This document shows positions 27,473 to 36,783 of a stretch of 42,407 nucleotides of DNA, in pieces. This stretch comes from a virus (taxonomy: Duplodnaviria; Caudoviricetes): positions 1-42,407 of IMG/VR virus record IMGVR_UViG_3300021376_000125. One strand, written 5' to 3'. Below the pieces are notes generated by a model that saw nothing but the letters and a program-made list of their open reading frames with translations, was not told where the DNA came from and did not search any database. The translations under genes were made by a program, and so were the position numbers. Position 1 is the first letter of the stretch. Every line of letters begins with the position of its first letter.

Positions 27473-28576
27473 GTGAGATCGAAGGCTTTCTTTATTAATG
27501 GCGGTGCTGGTAGAGTGTTGTGTTCCATTCCAGCATTAGAGAAATATGCTGAGGCTAACCCAGAAGATGATTTTGTAATTGTGTGTGAAAGTGGCACAGA
27601 TTTCTATAGAGGTCATCCTGAACTTCATAAAAGAGCTTTTGACCATTGGCACAAAGGTCTTTTTAATACTTATTTAAAGGATCGTGATTTAATTTCTCCT
27701 GAACCATATCGTTTGTGGGAGTATTACAACCAGAAGTGTAATCTGAGCCAAGCATTTGATATTCTTATTAATAACCAAGGCATACGCGAACTACCAAAAC
27801 CGACATTAAATTTAAGTAAGCATGAGGCAGTTACAGGTTATAACATAGTAAAAGAGATCGAAAGAACAACAGGTCTTAACAAGACTTTAGTTATTCAACC
27901 TTTTGGTAGAGGTGTACAGAATGCAGGCGAGTTTATAATTGACCCTGGTTCACGAAGCTTCAATCTTGCTGATATTATAGAAATTATTAATGAGCTAAGA
28001 AAAGAATATTCTATCATTATAATGAGTGAATTTCCCATAACTCTTAATAAAACACCTGTTGATCTACCCCCGGTAGCAATGCCACAAATAGCTGATATTA
28101 GAATATGGGCTTCTGTTATTGAAGCATCAAACCATTTTCTTGGTTGCGATAGTGTAGGTCAACACATAGCTTATGCTCTTGGTAAATCAGCAACAGTAGT
28201 TTGTGGTGCTACATACCCAGAAAACATATCATATCCTGAGAATGATAATTTTGATATTATAGATTTAGGTAAAAACAAAAGAATCTATGTGCCCATAAGA
28301 GTCAGTATGGATGATGAAAGAGATAGAGTAAATGATAATACCATGGACATGACCCCTCAACAAATGAAAGATATTATATCTAAAACCAAAAAACGTTTAG
28401 GGCCTTCATCTAAACAAAAAATGGAGCAGAAGCAACACACATGCTGCGGGCACCATGGCCATAGTTATCAACACACACCGTTCACCTTCACCCCACAAAC
28501 CGCGCCACAAGAAAAGCTAATTCTTTCTAAAGATAAATCATCTTGCTTTGATTGTAAGCTACTAAACAAACTATGA
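27473..28576 (+). CDS. GT9 (heptosyltransferase)-like protein with His/Cys-rich tail
   Basis: GGAGRVLCSIPAL, FLGCDSVGQHIAYALG; tail HTCCGHHGH. Confidence 0.65.
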   Translation: MRSKAFFINGGAGRVLCSIPALEKYAEANPEDDFVIVCESGTDFYRGHPELHKRAFDHWHKGLFNTYLKDRDLISPEPYRLWEYYNQKCNLSQAFDILINNQGIRELPKPTLNLSKHEAVTGYNIVKEIERTTGLNKTLVIQPFGRGVQNAGEFIIDPGSRSFNLADIIEIINELRKEYSIIIMSEFPITLNKTPVDLPPVAMPQIADIRIWASVIEASNHFLGCDSVGQHIAYALGKSATVVCGATYPENISYPENDNFDIIDLGKNKRIYVPIRVSMDDERDRVNDNTMDMTPQQMKDIISKTKKRLGPSSKQKMEQKQHTCCGHHGHSYQHTPFTFTPQTAPQEKLILSKDKSSCFDCKLLNKL

Positions 28577-30402
28577 GCTTATGGATTGCAGGTGTGACAC
28601 GCGGTCACAATGGTAGTGTCTGCCTTTTAAAAGATGGTGAAATTGTATTTGCAGTAGAAGAGGAAAGACTAAGCAGGAAGAAGTATGATGGTGGTCCTTA
28701 CGCATCAATGGTTAGGATTCTCGAATATACTAAAAAATTAGATTTTCTAGTCATCGCACACACCCAGCCTTTGCAAGAAACTGCTGGAAAAGTAGATTTT
28801 ACAGGTGATGATGTGTACACCGGGCTTGCCAGAAAATTGGGACTTATAGATCAAAAAGTCGATATGCCCCAACATCCTCAAGTTATTGATTTGAGCTATG
28901 TGCATCACAAATTACATGCTGCCTGTGCATTCTATAGATCTGGATTTAAAGAGGCTGTTGCTTTGGTTGTTGACGGCGCAGGTACATTTGTTCCTTTATT
29001 AATAGAAAATAAACCTGAAATGACTTGGGAATTAGAATCTATCTTTACATGCAATTATCCAGATAGTTTAAAAACCCTTTATAAGCACATGGGAGGTAAT
29101 GGACCATGGGTAAGTGTGCATATGCCAGAGATGAAACGGTCAGATGAGGAAGGCGCCCATGAATTAGTATTAGATGATACAGCAGGTATTGTTAAAGCAT
29201 ATGAAGCTGTAACTCAATATTGTGGGTGGCCTTCAATTGAAGCGGGTAAAACTATGGGGCTTTCTCCATATGGAAAACCAAACAAGCATATACCTGAAAT
29301 ATATTCTGATGCAGGTTGTGGTAAATGGCGCACTACAAACCGTAATCTAATAATCCCCACTTATCCTAATGGTGCACGAGTAAATGAAGGTAGGTTTGCT
29401 GAACTGGAAGCTATAAAAGATATGCCTCTTGATGTAACAACATTACAAAATCGTCGAGACATGGCTTATGCAGTACAAACTCAATCACAAGCTGAAGTAC
29501 TAAGATTAATAGAAAAGGCAGTTGATGTTAGTGGTATTAAAAATGTTGTTGTATCTGGTGGATATGGGTTAAATTGTGTAGCAAACTATTGGTATTTAAA
29601 GCAATTAAAGGATAAAAAAATTAATTTATATGTTGAGCCAATTAGTAATGATGCGGGTACTGCCATTGGTGCAGCTTTACTAATACATCACAGAGAAACT
29701 AAAAGTGAAAAAGTATTACCCTACGCAGATAGCCTATACCTTGGACCAAGTAGAACATATACACTTGATACAGTTAACGAATTAGTCGAGCAGGCAGAGG
29801 GTACTAAGCGCACAGTTAAATCTAAAGATGTTGTAGACTTATTAAGAAAGAAAAAAATTGTAGCTATATTTCAAGGCAGAAGTGAAAATGGTCCAAGAGC
29901 TCTTGGTAACAGATCTATACTTTTTGATCCCACGTTTGCTGACGGCAAAGATTTTGTGAATACAGTAAAGCGTAGAGAATATTTTAGACCTTTTGCTGGA
30001 ACTGTTCTTGCAGAACATGCAAATAAATGGTTTGATATGTGTGGGTTAAAACAAACACCCCACATGATGTATGCAGTAGATTGTTTACCGGGCGTAGCAG
30101 AAAAAATACCAAGTATTATACATGTCGATGGTACGTGCCGTATTCAAACTGTTACTAAGCAACAAAACTTACATTTCTATAATTTAATTGAAGAGTTTTA
30201 TAAGCAAACACAAATACCTATTCTGTTTAATACATCATTTAATCTTGGTGGTGACCCATTGGTAGAGACTTTGGAAGATGCTATTAGTACGTTATCTCGT
30301 AGTGATATTGAATACCTGTATCTTCCAGAGCATAGTTTGTTATTAACAATTCCTAACAAGAAGTCTGCATCTAGTAAAATTAAAAGATATCAGAAATCTT
30401 AA
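28573..30402 (+). CDS. carbamoyltransferase (NodU/CmcH/TobZ family)
   Basis: EEERLSR, HHKLHA, DGAG, GKTMGL, GGYGLNC, NDAG, GPRALGNRS, RPFA, HVDGTCRIQTV, NTSFN. Confidence 0.92.
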   Translation: MSLWIAGVTRGHNGSVCLLKDGEIVFAVEEERLSRKKYDGGPYASMVRILEYTKKLDFLVIAHTQPLQETAGKVDFTGDDVYTGLARKLGLIDQKVDMPQHPQVIDLSYVHHKLHAACAFYRSGFKEAVALVVDGAGTFVPLLIENKPEMTWELESIFTCNYPDSLKTLYKHMGGNGPWVSVHMPEMKRSDEEGAHELVLDDTAGIVKAYEAVTQYCGWPSIEAGKTMGLSPYGKPNKHIPEIYSDAGCGKWRTTNRNLIIPTYPNGARVNEGRFAELEAIKDMPLDVTTLQNRRDMAYAVQTQSQAEVLRLIEKAVDVSGIKNVVVSGGYGLNCVANYWYLKQLKDKKINLYVEPISNDAGTAIGAALLIHHRETKSEKVLPYADSLYLGPSRTYTLDTVNELVEQAEGTKRTVKSKDVVDLLRKKKIVAIFQGRSENGPRALGNRSILFDPTFADGKDFVNTVKRREYFRPFAGTVLAEHANKWFDMCGLKQTPHMMYAVDCLPGVAEKIPSIIHVDGTCRIQTVTKQQNLHFYNLIEEFYKQTQIPILFNTSFNLGGDPLVETLEDAISTLSRSDIEYLYLPEHSLLLTIPNKKSASSKIKRYQKS

Positions 30403-30623
30403 TCTTCTGTATCTGTTGATTTGTGAAAAGGTAGAGCTTTAGATATTTTTTGAATTATACGTTTATCGTCTATATTAAGTGCTTTTAAACGCTTGCATTC
30501 TTTTTGAAATGCTTGGACAAACTCCGGAGATAAATTAAAGTTTCTAGGATAAAACAGTCTAGAAACTGTTTTAATAGATTTGTAACTCTCCATTATATTA
30601 TAAAACGCTTTGTTGTAAAGCAT
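30399..30623 (-). CDS. hypothetical late protein
   Basis: CATAAATA 4 nt upstream of ATG. Confidence 0.65.
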   Translation of the reverse strand: MLYNKAFYNIMESYKSIKTVSRLFYPRNFNLSPEFVQAFQKECKRLKALNIDDKRIIQKISKALPFHKSTDTED

Positions 30624-30630
30624 GTAATAT

Positions 30631-31329
30631 TTATGGCAAAATACCTTTTTCCTTTTGTGCTATACCTTTTTGTTCTCTCAGTAAAGATTCCATTTTGGCA
30701 ATTTCGTCCATATTTACTAAGCTTTGATCCTCGCCATACATATTACCGTCTTCTGTTACATACATACTAATTTGATCTAATCTCTGTTCTACCGTTCCCT
30801 CTAGCACGATTATTGCGGGGCTATCATTGGGCGGAAAGAAGGGCGAAATACCCGTTGTTTGTAGTTGAGCATTAATTGCTTTAAAAATATTGTCAGTTTC
30901 AGTTATATAGAGGGGATCAGTCTCTCGAACATTATTTTGCTCAACTGGTCCCATTTCATCTCTTGTCATTAAAAATATAATGTCTAAAGATCTCATACTT
31001 TCACGAACTAATTTAATTGATTCATCAACAAAATTTTGTGAAAACCCTTTCTTGCCCTTCTCAAAAGCCCATAATGTATAAACAATATTATCAATACCAC
31101 ATCTATCATATGCAACACACTGATGTGGTGTGTATTGTTTTTGTTGATCTATCATAAATTGTAAAATTTGTTTCTGCACGCGCTTATCTGTTTTTTTACT
31201 ATGATTATCCCCTCTCAAGATAGATCTATAATTTGGCTGCGGAACAATGTATTTGGACCACCTATTTAAAAAAGCATTTAATGTTGTTGTTTTGCCTGTA
31301 CAAGCTGCACCGCTAAAGGCTATACGCAT
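30631..31329 (-). CDS. P-loop nucleotide kinase (NadR/thymidylate-kinase-like)
   Basis: Walker A GAACTGKTT; DRCGID motif. Confidence 0.75.
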   Translation of the reverse strand: MRIAFSGAACTGKTTTLNAFLNRWSKYIVPQPNYRSILRGDNHSKKTDKRVQKQILQFMIDQQKQYTPHQCVAYDRCGIDNIVYTLWAFEKGKKGFSQNFVDESIKLVRESMRSLDIIFLMTRDEMGPVEQNNVRETDPLYITETDNIFKAINAQLQTTGISPFFPPNDSPAIIVLEGTVEQRLDQISMYVTEDGNMYGEDQSLVNMDEIAKMESLLREQKGIAQKEKGILP

Positions 31330-31335
31330 ATTATT

Positions 31336-31363
31336 ATTTTAATGTATATTATTAAAAAATCAA
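31336..31363 (-). promoter_or_regulatory. sigma70-like promoter
   Basis: TTGATT-N16-TAAAAT, 6 nt before ATG 31329. Confidence 0.6.
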
Positions 31364-32476
31364 TTATTTAGATTTTTTGAGAATGTTACCAAAAGTGGTA
31401 GGTTGACCAGCTTTCGGGTTTGCCTCATATTGGTCTTTATATCTTTTATAACGCTTGGCCCATGGGCCTGCCTCTGTTTCAGGTGTTGCAGAAGTTACTT
31501 CTGGTTGTTGACCGGTAAATATTTGTTTAACTAAGTCAACTGGAGCTGTTTGCCTGGTATCACGACTGGCCGACTTTGGGCCCCATCGACCATATGGCTC
31601 ATCTGGATTATAACCTTGTGGATATGCCTTAAAATCGAAATCGTCTGCTTTTCCAGGTTTTATTTCCTCTGGTGTTGACGGAATTGGTATCAGTGGGAGA
31701 ATATTTTTACGATCTGTATTTGAAGGCCCAGGCGGTGGGGTTTTCTCTTCTTTGCCTACATCTCCCGACGTTGTATTAGTCGGTTCTAGTGCTGGCTTTG
31801 TATTAGTTAGGGGAGATGGAATGTATTTACGAGTTTGTTCGGAACTATCTGGTTCTTCTGGTGTTTCTGGAGTTGCGGGTGGTTCTTTTGGAACAGCTGG
31901 CTGCTTGTTTGGCTGTGGTGCAGGTGTTTCAGGTCTAAGCGGAATAATCGGTGGAACTGGCACCACCTTAGGTTGTTTTTGTGGAGCCGGCTCTGCAGGC
32001 AATGGTTGAGGTTGTTCTTTAGGTGTTGGCGGTGCCAGTGGTGCAGGAACTGCAAATCCTTGTTCACCCGGCTTAAGAGGCGGCAATATAATATCTTCCG
32101 GTTTATAGCCGGTCGGGGTTGTCATAGGAATAGGTTGTTGTTTTTTTTCCCATCCCTTACGTATAAGATTATATCCACCCCACCCAAGCGCTAACCCAGT
32201 CGCAATAGCACCAACAAGACCACCACCACCTGGCCTAACTGTTGGTCTAGGTGTAGGAATTCTTGAAACAGGTGGTCTTAATGTGGGAGCATCTGCTCTA
32301 GCCGGTAAATTAGCTAAATTTGCTGTTGTGGTGGGTTTTGAAGCCGGGGTATACCCACCACGTGCAGTATATGAACCTTCAGTAGGAGTTGGTGCAGGAG
32401 AAGGTAGATTTACCGGGGAAGGTGTACCTCGAAGCTCGTTTAATAATGTATTAACTAATCTTTCGTATTGGTCCAT
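31364..32476 (-). CDS. Pro-rich low-complexity protein with one Gly-rich TM-like segment
   Basis: Pro-rich 370 aa; GLVGAIATGLALGWGGY; CATAAATA upstream. Confidence 0.75.
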   Translation of the reverse strand: MDQYERLVNTLLNELRGTPSPVNLPSPAPTPTEGSYTARGGYTPASKPTTTANLANLPARADAPTLRPPVSRIPTPRPTVRPGGGGLVGAIATGLALGWGGYNLIRKGWEKKQQPIPMTTPTGYKPEDIILPPLKPGEQGFAVPAPLAPPTPKEQPQPLPAEPAPQKQPKVVPVPPIIPLRPETPAPQPNKQPAVPKEPPATPETPEEPDSSEQTRKYIPSPLTNTKPALEPTNTTSGDVGKEEKTPPPGPSNTDRKNILPLIPIPSTPEEIKPGKADDFDFKAYPQGYNPDEPYGRWGPKSASRDTRQTAPVDLVKQIFTGQQPEVTSATPETEAGPWAKRYKRYKDQYEANPKAGQPTTFGNILKKSK

Positions 32477-32521
32477 ACGCCATATATTTATGCTTATAGC
32501 GTATTGCTAAATTATACTAAA

Positions 32522-32719
32522 TTAACGGTTTAAAACAGAGCCAAGCTTCTCTTTAAACTGAGTAAGAAACTTTTGACAAAAACCGTCAATAGCTTTATTA
32601 CCAGCCTCAATACCTTCAGTACGAACAATATTGGTTAGATCGTTTTGATTTAAACGAACTACATAAGACTCTTTGCCACCATTATCACCTTCAATTTCAA
32701 CAGAGATATGAACGTTCAT
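32522..32719 (-). CDS. hypothetical protein
   Basis: 65 aa; TTGATA-N16-TAAATT 5 nt upstream. Confidence 0.7.
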   Translation of the reverse strand: MNVHISVEIEGDNGGKESYVVRLNQNDLTNIVRTEGIEAGNKAIDGFCQKFLTQFKEKLGSVLNR

Positions 32720-32752
32720 ATGTTAATTTATAATGCACTTTATTATTATCAA

Positions 32753-33496
32753 CTATACTTTCAAAGCTTTATCCCAAATAACAAGTTGAAGTCTCGGACT
32801 AAATTTTAAGTCATGAAGCTTACACAATTCTGCTACCATTGCAGCTTTCTCTATATGTTCAACTCTACTACCACAACATGGCATTAGCCAAACTCTATTC
32901 TTTGGAATTAATACATCTGGATGCTCAATATATTTTTCGTACACTTCATGTAAATCAATTTTATTATTAATTACAAATTTAAAACCAGAACCCTGGTTTA
33001 CATGCCAACGCAAAACTGCAGGTTTATATCTTTTTTCTTCTGGATCACCATTATTAGATAGCTTAGGAGATGTGGTATATGTTACCTGATATACTTGCCA
33101 TTCATCTAATGGTTGAATTGTAGCATTAGTTTCAAAATCAATCTTAGGAATAAATCCATTGCGCTTAGCAAACTCCCTTATCAGTTCTAATAAAGCTTTT
33201 TGTTGTATCAGAGGCTCACCACCCGTTATTTTCCAAATAGCATTTTCTCGCAAATGCTTTGTATATCCCTCTTTATCCAACATATCCAAAATATCTGTAA
33301 TAGTAAAACGGTTTTTTACTGACCAACTAATAAAACTATCACAACCATGTGGAGAATCTGCTGAAACAAATCCTTTGCAAGTTAGATTACACATAGATAG
33401 ACGCATAAACACAGATGGTTGACCAACATATTCGCCTTCACCTTCTATTGTATAAAAAATTTTATCGTCGCTTAAAAAAATAGTAGTATCACTCAT
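32753..33496 (-). CDS. queE: 7-carboxy-7-deazaguanine synthase (radical SAM)
   Basis: IFYTIEGEG...G.PSVFMRL..CNLTC...CDS, ITGGEPL, FETN, SPKL, PRLQLVIW. Confidence 0.85.
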   Translation of the reverse strand: MSDTTIFLSDDKIFYTIEGEGEYVGQPSVFMRLSMCNLTCKGFVSADSPHGCDSFISWSVKNRFTITDILDMLDKEGYTKHLRENAIWKITGGEPLIQQKALLELIREFAKRNGFIPKIDFETNATIQPLDEWQVYQVTYTTSPKLSNNGDPEEKRYKPAVLRWHVNQGSGFKFVINNKIDLHEVYEKYIEHPDVLIPKNRVWLMPCCGSRVEHIEKAAMVAELCKLHDLKFSPRLQLVIWDKALKV

Positions 33497-33500
33497 TAAG

Positions 33501-33704
33501 CTATATTTTAACTGCAGCGCCTATCTTATCAAGGAGGTTTTTTGTTATATTATACCTTAAATTACTTTGTTGATCATCACTTTGCAGATATTCAGTTTTT
33601 ACATATATAAGGCACAAAACTTCTTGTTATTCTAACGTATTCACCCAATACCAGCACCATTCTTTGTATTCTTCGTCTGTAAAATTTTCGTTAATTTTAT
33701 ACAT
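33501..33704 (-). pseudogene. possible small gene with internal TAA, or a 25-aa peptide gene
   Basis: Promoter TGGAAA-N16-TATAAT before ATG 33704; stop at 33629-33627; frame then open for 41 more codons. Confidence 0.3.
33505..33532 (-). promoter_or_regulatory. sigma70-like promoter for queE
   Basis: TTGATA-N16-TAAAAT, 8 nt before ATG. Confidence 0.55.
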
Positions 33705-33753
33705 TTAATCAATTATATAATGTGTTTTAGTCTTTTCCAGAATAAATATATAG

Positions 33754-34518
33754 ATGTCGAAAAAGGACAGAGCCGCTAGAAAAGCAGCTAAACCAGAACA
33801 AAAATTAATTAAATCTGATATTTTTCTCCACTTTCGAATTGATCAAAAGTTTCATTTAAACGACCATCATAAGGAATTCGCAGAAAAGGCATTAGATGAA
33901 AAAACCAATATAATTTTTGCTGATGGCCCAGCTGGAAGTTCTAAGACATATCTTGCAGTATATGTGGCATTGACTATGCTTAAAGACCATAAAATTGATG
34001 AAATTATTTACATTAGAAGCATAGTAGAATCTGCAACAAGAAAACTTGGCAGTCTACCAGGCGAAGTAGATGAAAAATTTAAACCATGGAGTATACCTTT
34101 AGTCGAAAAATGTGATGAGCTTGTAGGTAGACAGATCACTAATATGTTATTTGATAGTGAATATCTTAAATGTATACCTGTAAATTTTTTAAGAGGTTCT
34201 ACATTTAGTAATTGTGCAGTTATAGTAGATGAAGCCCAAAATCTCGAGCATAGTGAACTTGTAACAATATTAACCAGATTTGGTAAAAACTGTAAATTGT
34301 TTGTTATAGGTGATTCACAGCAATCTGATATTCATAAGTCAGGCTTTATGAATATAATAAAAGCATTTAACACAAGCACTAGCGAGGAACATGGTATAAG
34401 AGTATTTCACTTTACAGAGCATGATATAACCAGAAGTAAGTTACTAAAATTTATAGTATCTGTGGTTCAAACTATTAAAATTATTAAAGACCCCAAGATG
34501 TCCCGCCAAACGGATTAG
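33754..34518 (+). CDS. phoH: PhoH-like ATPase
   Basis: GPAGSSKT, LGSLPG, FLRGSTF, DEAQN, TRFG, GDSQQSD; AATAAATA at 33741-33748. Confidence 0.92.
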   Translation: MSKKDRAARKAAKPEQKLIKSDIFLHFRIDQKFHLNDHHKEFAEKALDEKTNIIFADGPAGSSKTYLAVYVALTMLKDHKIDEIIYIRSIVESATRKLGSLPGEVDEKFKPWSIPLVEKCDELVGRQITNMLFDSEYLKCIPVNFLRGSTFSNCAVIVDEAQNLEHSELVTILTRFGKNCKLFVIGDSQQSDIHKSGFMNIIKAFNTSTSEEHGIRVFHFTEHDITRSKLLKFIVSVVQTIKIIKDPKMSRQTD

Positions 34519-35116
34519 ATAATCCTGGGGTAACTTTATTGCCCACTACTGCAGGTTGCGGACTATTTGCAGGAGCAGGTTGCTCAGAATTACCTGTTGT
34601 ATTATGGGAAACTACTTCTTGTATTTCTACTGCTGGTGCAGTAACTGTTGTTACAATAGTTTGTTGAGCAGGATTTTCAAAAATAGCAAGCGCGGAATTT
34701 TTATCATGCTCCCAGACTTCTACCTTAATTACCCAACATCTATTGTTAGTCAGTTTTTTAATTATTGAATTAGCGGTGTCTAAGCACCATTCAGCTGTTC
34801 TCTCAATACCAACACCCCTATCCATTACTCTTAAATCCACAGCACCCTTTTCATGAAGTGCTTGAAAATCAGACAAACAAGGATCATCTGCTGCAATACA
34901 AAGTGTATGGTCAAATTGCTTTTCTAGAGCAGTCTTTAATTCTTTGAGATTACCAAAATCAACGACCCAATTTTTATTATCTAGGGAAGAACAACCAAAC
35001 CAGAACTTTGCCTGCAATCTATAACCATGAACAAACTTACAATGACTATGATCTGCCTTCCATTGCCTAAATGCACAACTACCGAGATCTAAAACTTTTG
35101 TGCTAATATACTTCAT
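34484..35116 (-). CDS. queD: 6-carboxy-tetrahydropterin synthase (QueD/PTPS) with low-complexity tail
   Basis: HCKFVHGY, WVVDFG, FDH, VWE motifs. Confidence 0.85.
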   Translation of the reverse strand: MKYISTKVLDLGSCAFRQWKADHSHCKFVHGYRLQAKFWFGCSSLDNKNWVVDFGNLKELKTALEKQFDHTLCIAADDPCLSDFQALHEKGAVDLRVMDRGVGIERTAEWCLDTANSIIKKLTNNRCWVIKVEVWEHDKNSALAIFENPAQQTIVTTVTAPAVEIQEVVSHNTTGNSEQPAPANSPQPAVVGNKVTPGLSNPFGGTSWGL

Positions 35117-35122
35117 ACTATT

Positions 35123-35150
35123 ATTTTATAGTATGTTTATATAATATCAA
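35123..35150 (-). promoter_or_regulatory. sigma70-like promoter for queD
   Basis: TTGATA-N16-TAAAAT, 6 nt before ATG 35116. Confidence 0.6.
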
Positions 35151-35239
35151 ATATTATTCTTAGCTTTGGTTTTCCTTACACTCAGTACATCTACTACAGT
35201 CACAACCGTCTGCAGCATATTTGCAATGCTCTTCTGTAA

Positions 35240-35428
35240 CTATTTTAACTGAAAATAGTTAGCTAATATATTGTTTACAGCTATATCAAAGTTTTCTTTC
35301 TGGGGGGTTGCTTTACCAGCTTTAGACAGAGCAATAGCTACAGCCTGTTTTTGTGGTTTACCTGCTTTAATTTCTGTACGTATATTTTGTTCAATAGTTT
35401 TTTGTGATGTTCCAGATTTTAATGGCAT
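35240..35428 (-). CDS. small basic phage protein (MPLK...KQAVAIALS family), possibly frameshifted
   Basis: Recognisable [13 protein letters not shown] motif; Cys-rich continuation in the -1 frame to 35160. Confidence 0.75.
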   Translation of the reverse strand: MPLKSGTSQKTIEQNIRTEIKAGKPQKQAVAIALSKAGKATPQKENFDIAVNNILANYFQLK

Positions 35429-35435
35429 ATATTAC

Positions 35436-36731
35436 CTATACGTTAGTTCTAACATAATTAATTAGGGCATTAATTTCGAATAACTGCTCATCTACATTTT
35501 TAGATATAAAATCTTCATTTGAACCCAGCTGTTCAAACATAGCAACAAGTCTACCAAATTTAGCTCTATCATATCCTTTTAAATCCTTTGATAATATTTT
35601 TACAATTTTATTAAAGTTTTTTTCCTTCACAGCCTCATCGTAATTATCCTTTAAAGTTTCTCTTAAAATATTATTAGCTCTTACCAAGGTTATATATTCT
35701 TTTTTGCTTTCTGAATCTGGAGTAGCTCCACCGTATCTTATTATATCAACCATCCACACATTAAAAATTAACTTAATTTTTGCCTCACTATATCTTTTTA
35801 CTCCATTTACTATAAACACAACCTTGCCCAGTCGTTCAGGATTATCTGTAATTCTAAAGTCAAGCAGTATAGAGTCCAATCCCTTTACCACAGGCTCTAA
35901 ATTACCAACTACATATTTTACTCCATCCAATGATAACTTTGTACTAGTTATTTCGCCTTTTATTTGATAATTAATATTATTGTCTTTCTGATATTGTAAT
36001 TTTGGCATCTTAGATATATATACTTTTTCACTCTTAAAAGGTATATGAGGATATTCCTTTGAGGAAAGCGGGATTTGTTTTATATCAATCAAATCTTTAA
36101 TATTAAAACTCCTTAAAAATTTATTAACACGCGCAATAATATTATTCTTACCCACAGCTAAATCAAAAGGCTTTGTTAGTATTTTATTAAGAATACTTGT
36201 GCCCCTCCCTATATTAGTAAGCAGCTCTACTGTTTTGTCAGGCTTAATTCCAAAAATGTCTTCGTCTTCTCGGTCAGGCTGTTCTGTTGCCTCGTTAACA
36301 TCACTGAACAGTGTTTTATATAACGACATTAACGTATTATCATCTAGCTTCATTTGCTTTAAATATGTCTCAATAAAGTCAGGCTCTCTACAATTCATTA
36401 TTTGTACAATTTCAGGTGAAGTTTCAGGAATTCCAGACTGAACCAAGGTAGCTATTATTTTTTGCTTTATACCATCAAAAGTTGGGTTTAAAGGCTGTTG
36501 CTCTATTGGCTCAATATCTTTTATAGCTACTTGTTGGATAGGCTCGATACCTTTAGGAATATTTAAAATATATACACTAACAGCATTTCCACATTCTTCT
36601 AATACATAGCCTTCAAAGCTTACACAATTCTCATAACCAAAACAGGGGTTGGTAGCTGGATCTACTTTAACTCGAACTCTTTTCAATTTCGATGCTTTAA
36701 ATGTATTTTCCATTAATTTGTCGAATAACAT
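35436..36731 (-). CDS. hypothetical late protein
   Basis: 431 aa; AATAAATA 8 nt upstream. Confidence 0.75.
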   Translation of the reverse strand: MLFDKLMENTFKASKLKRVRVKVDPATNPCFGYENCVSFEGYVLEECGNAVSVYILNIPKGIEPIQQVAIKDIEPIEQQPLNPTFDGIKQKIIATLVQSGIPETSPEIVQIMNCREPDFIETYLKQMKLDDNTLMSLYKTLFSDVNEATEQPDREDEDIFGIKPDKTVELLTNIGRGTSILNKILTKPFDLAVGKNNIIARVNKFLRSFNIKDLIDIKQIPLSSKEYPHIPFKSEKVYISKMPKLQYQKDNNINYQIKGEITSTKLSLDGVKYVVGNLEPVVKGLDSILLDFRITDNPERLGKVVFIVNGVKRYSEAKIKLIFNVWMVDIIRYGGATPDSESKKEYITLVRANNILRETLKDNYDEAVKEKNFNKIVKILSKDLKGYDRAKFGRLVAMFEQLGSNEDFISKNVDEQLFEINALINYVRTNV

Positions 36732-36783
36732 ATATTAATTATTTATTCTTGAATATTCGAGGTTAGTTATATAATACTAATAT

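Noticed and set aside
31752-32510. Several antisense/alternate-frame ORFs over the Pro-rich gene
   Set aside because: Expected stop-poor shadows of GC-richer low-complexity coding sequence
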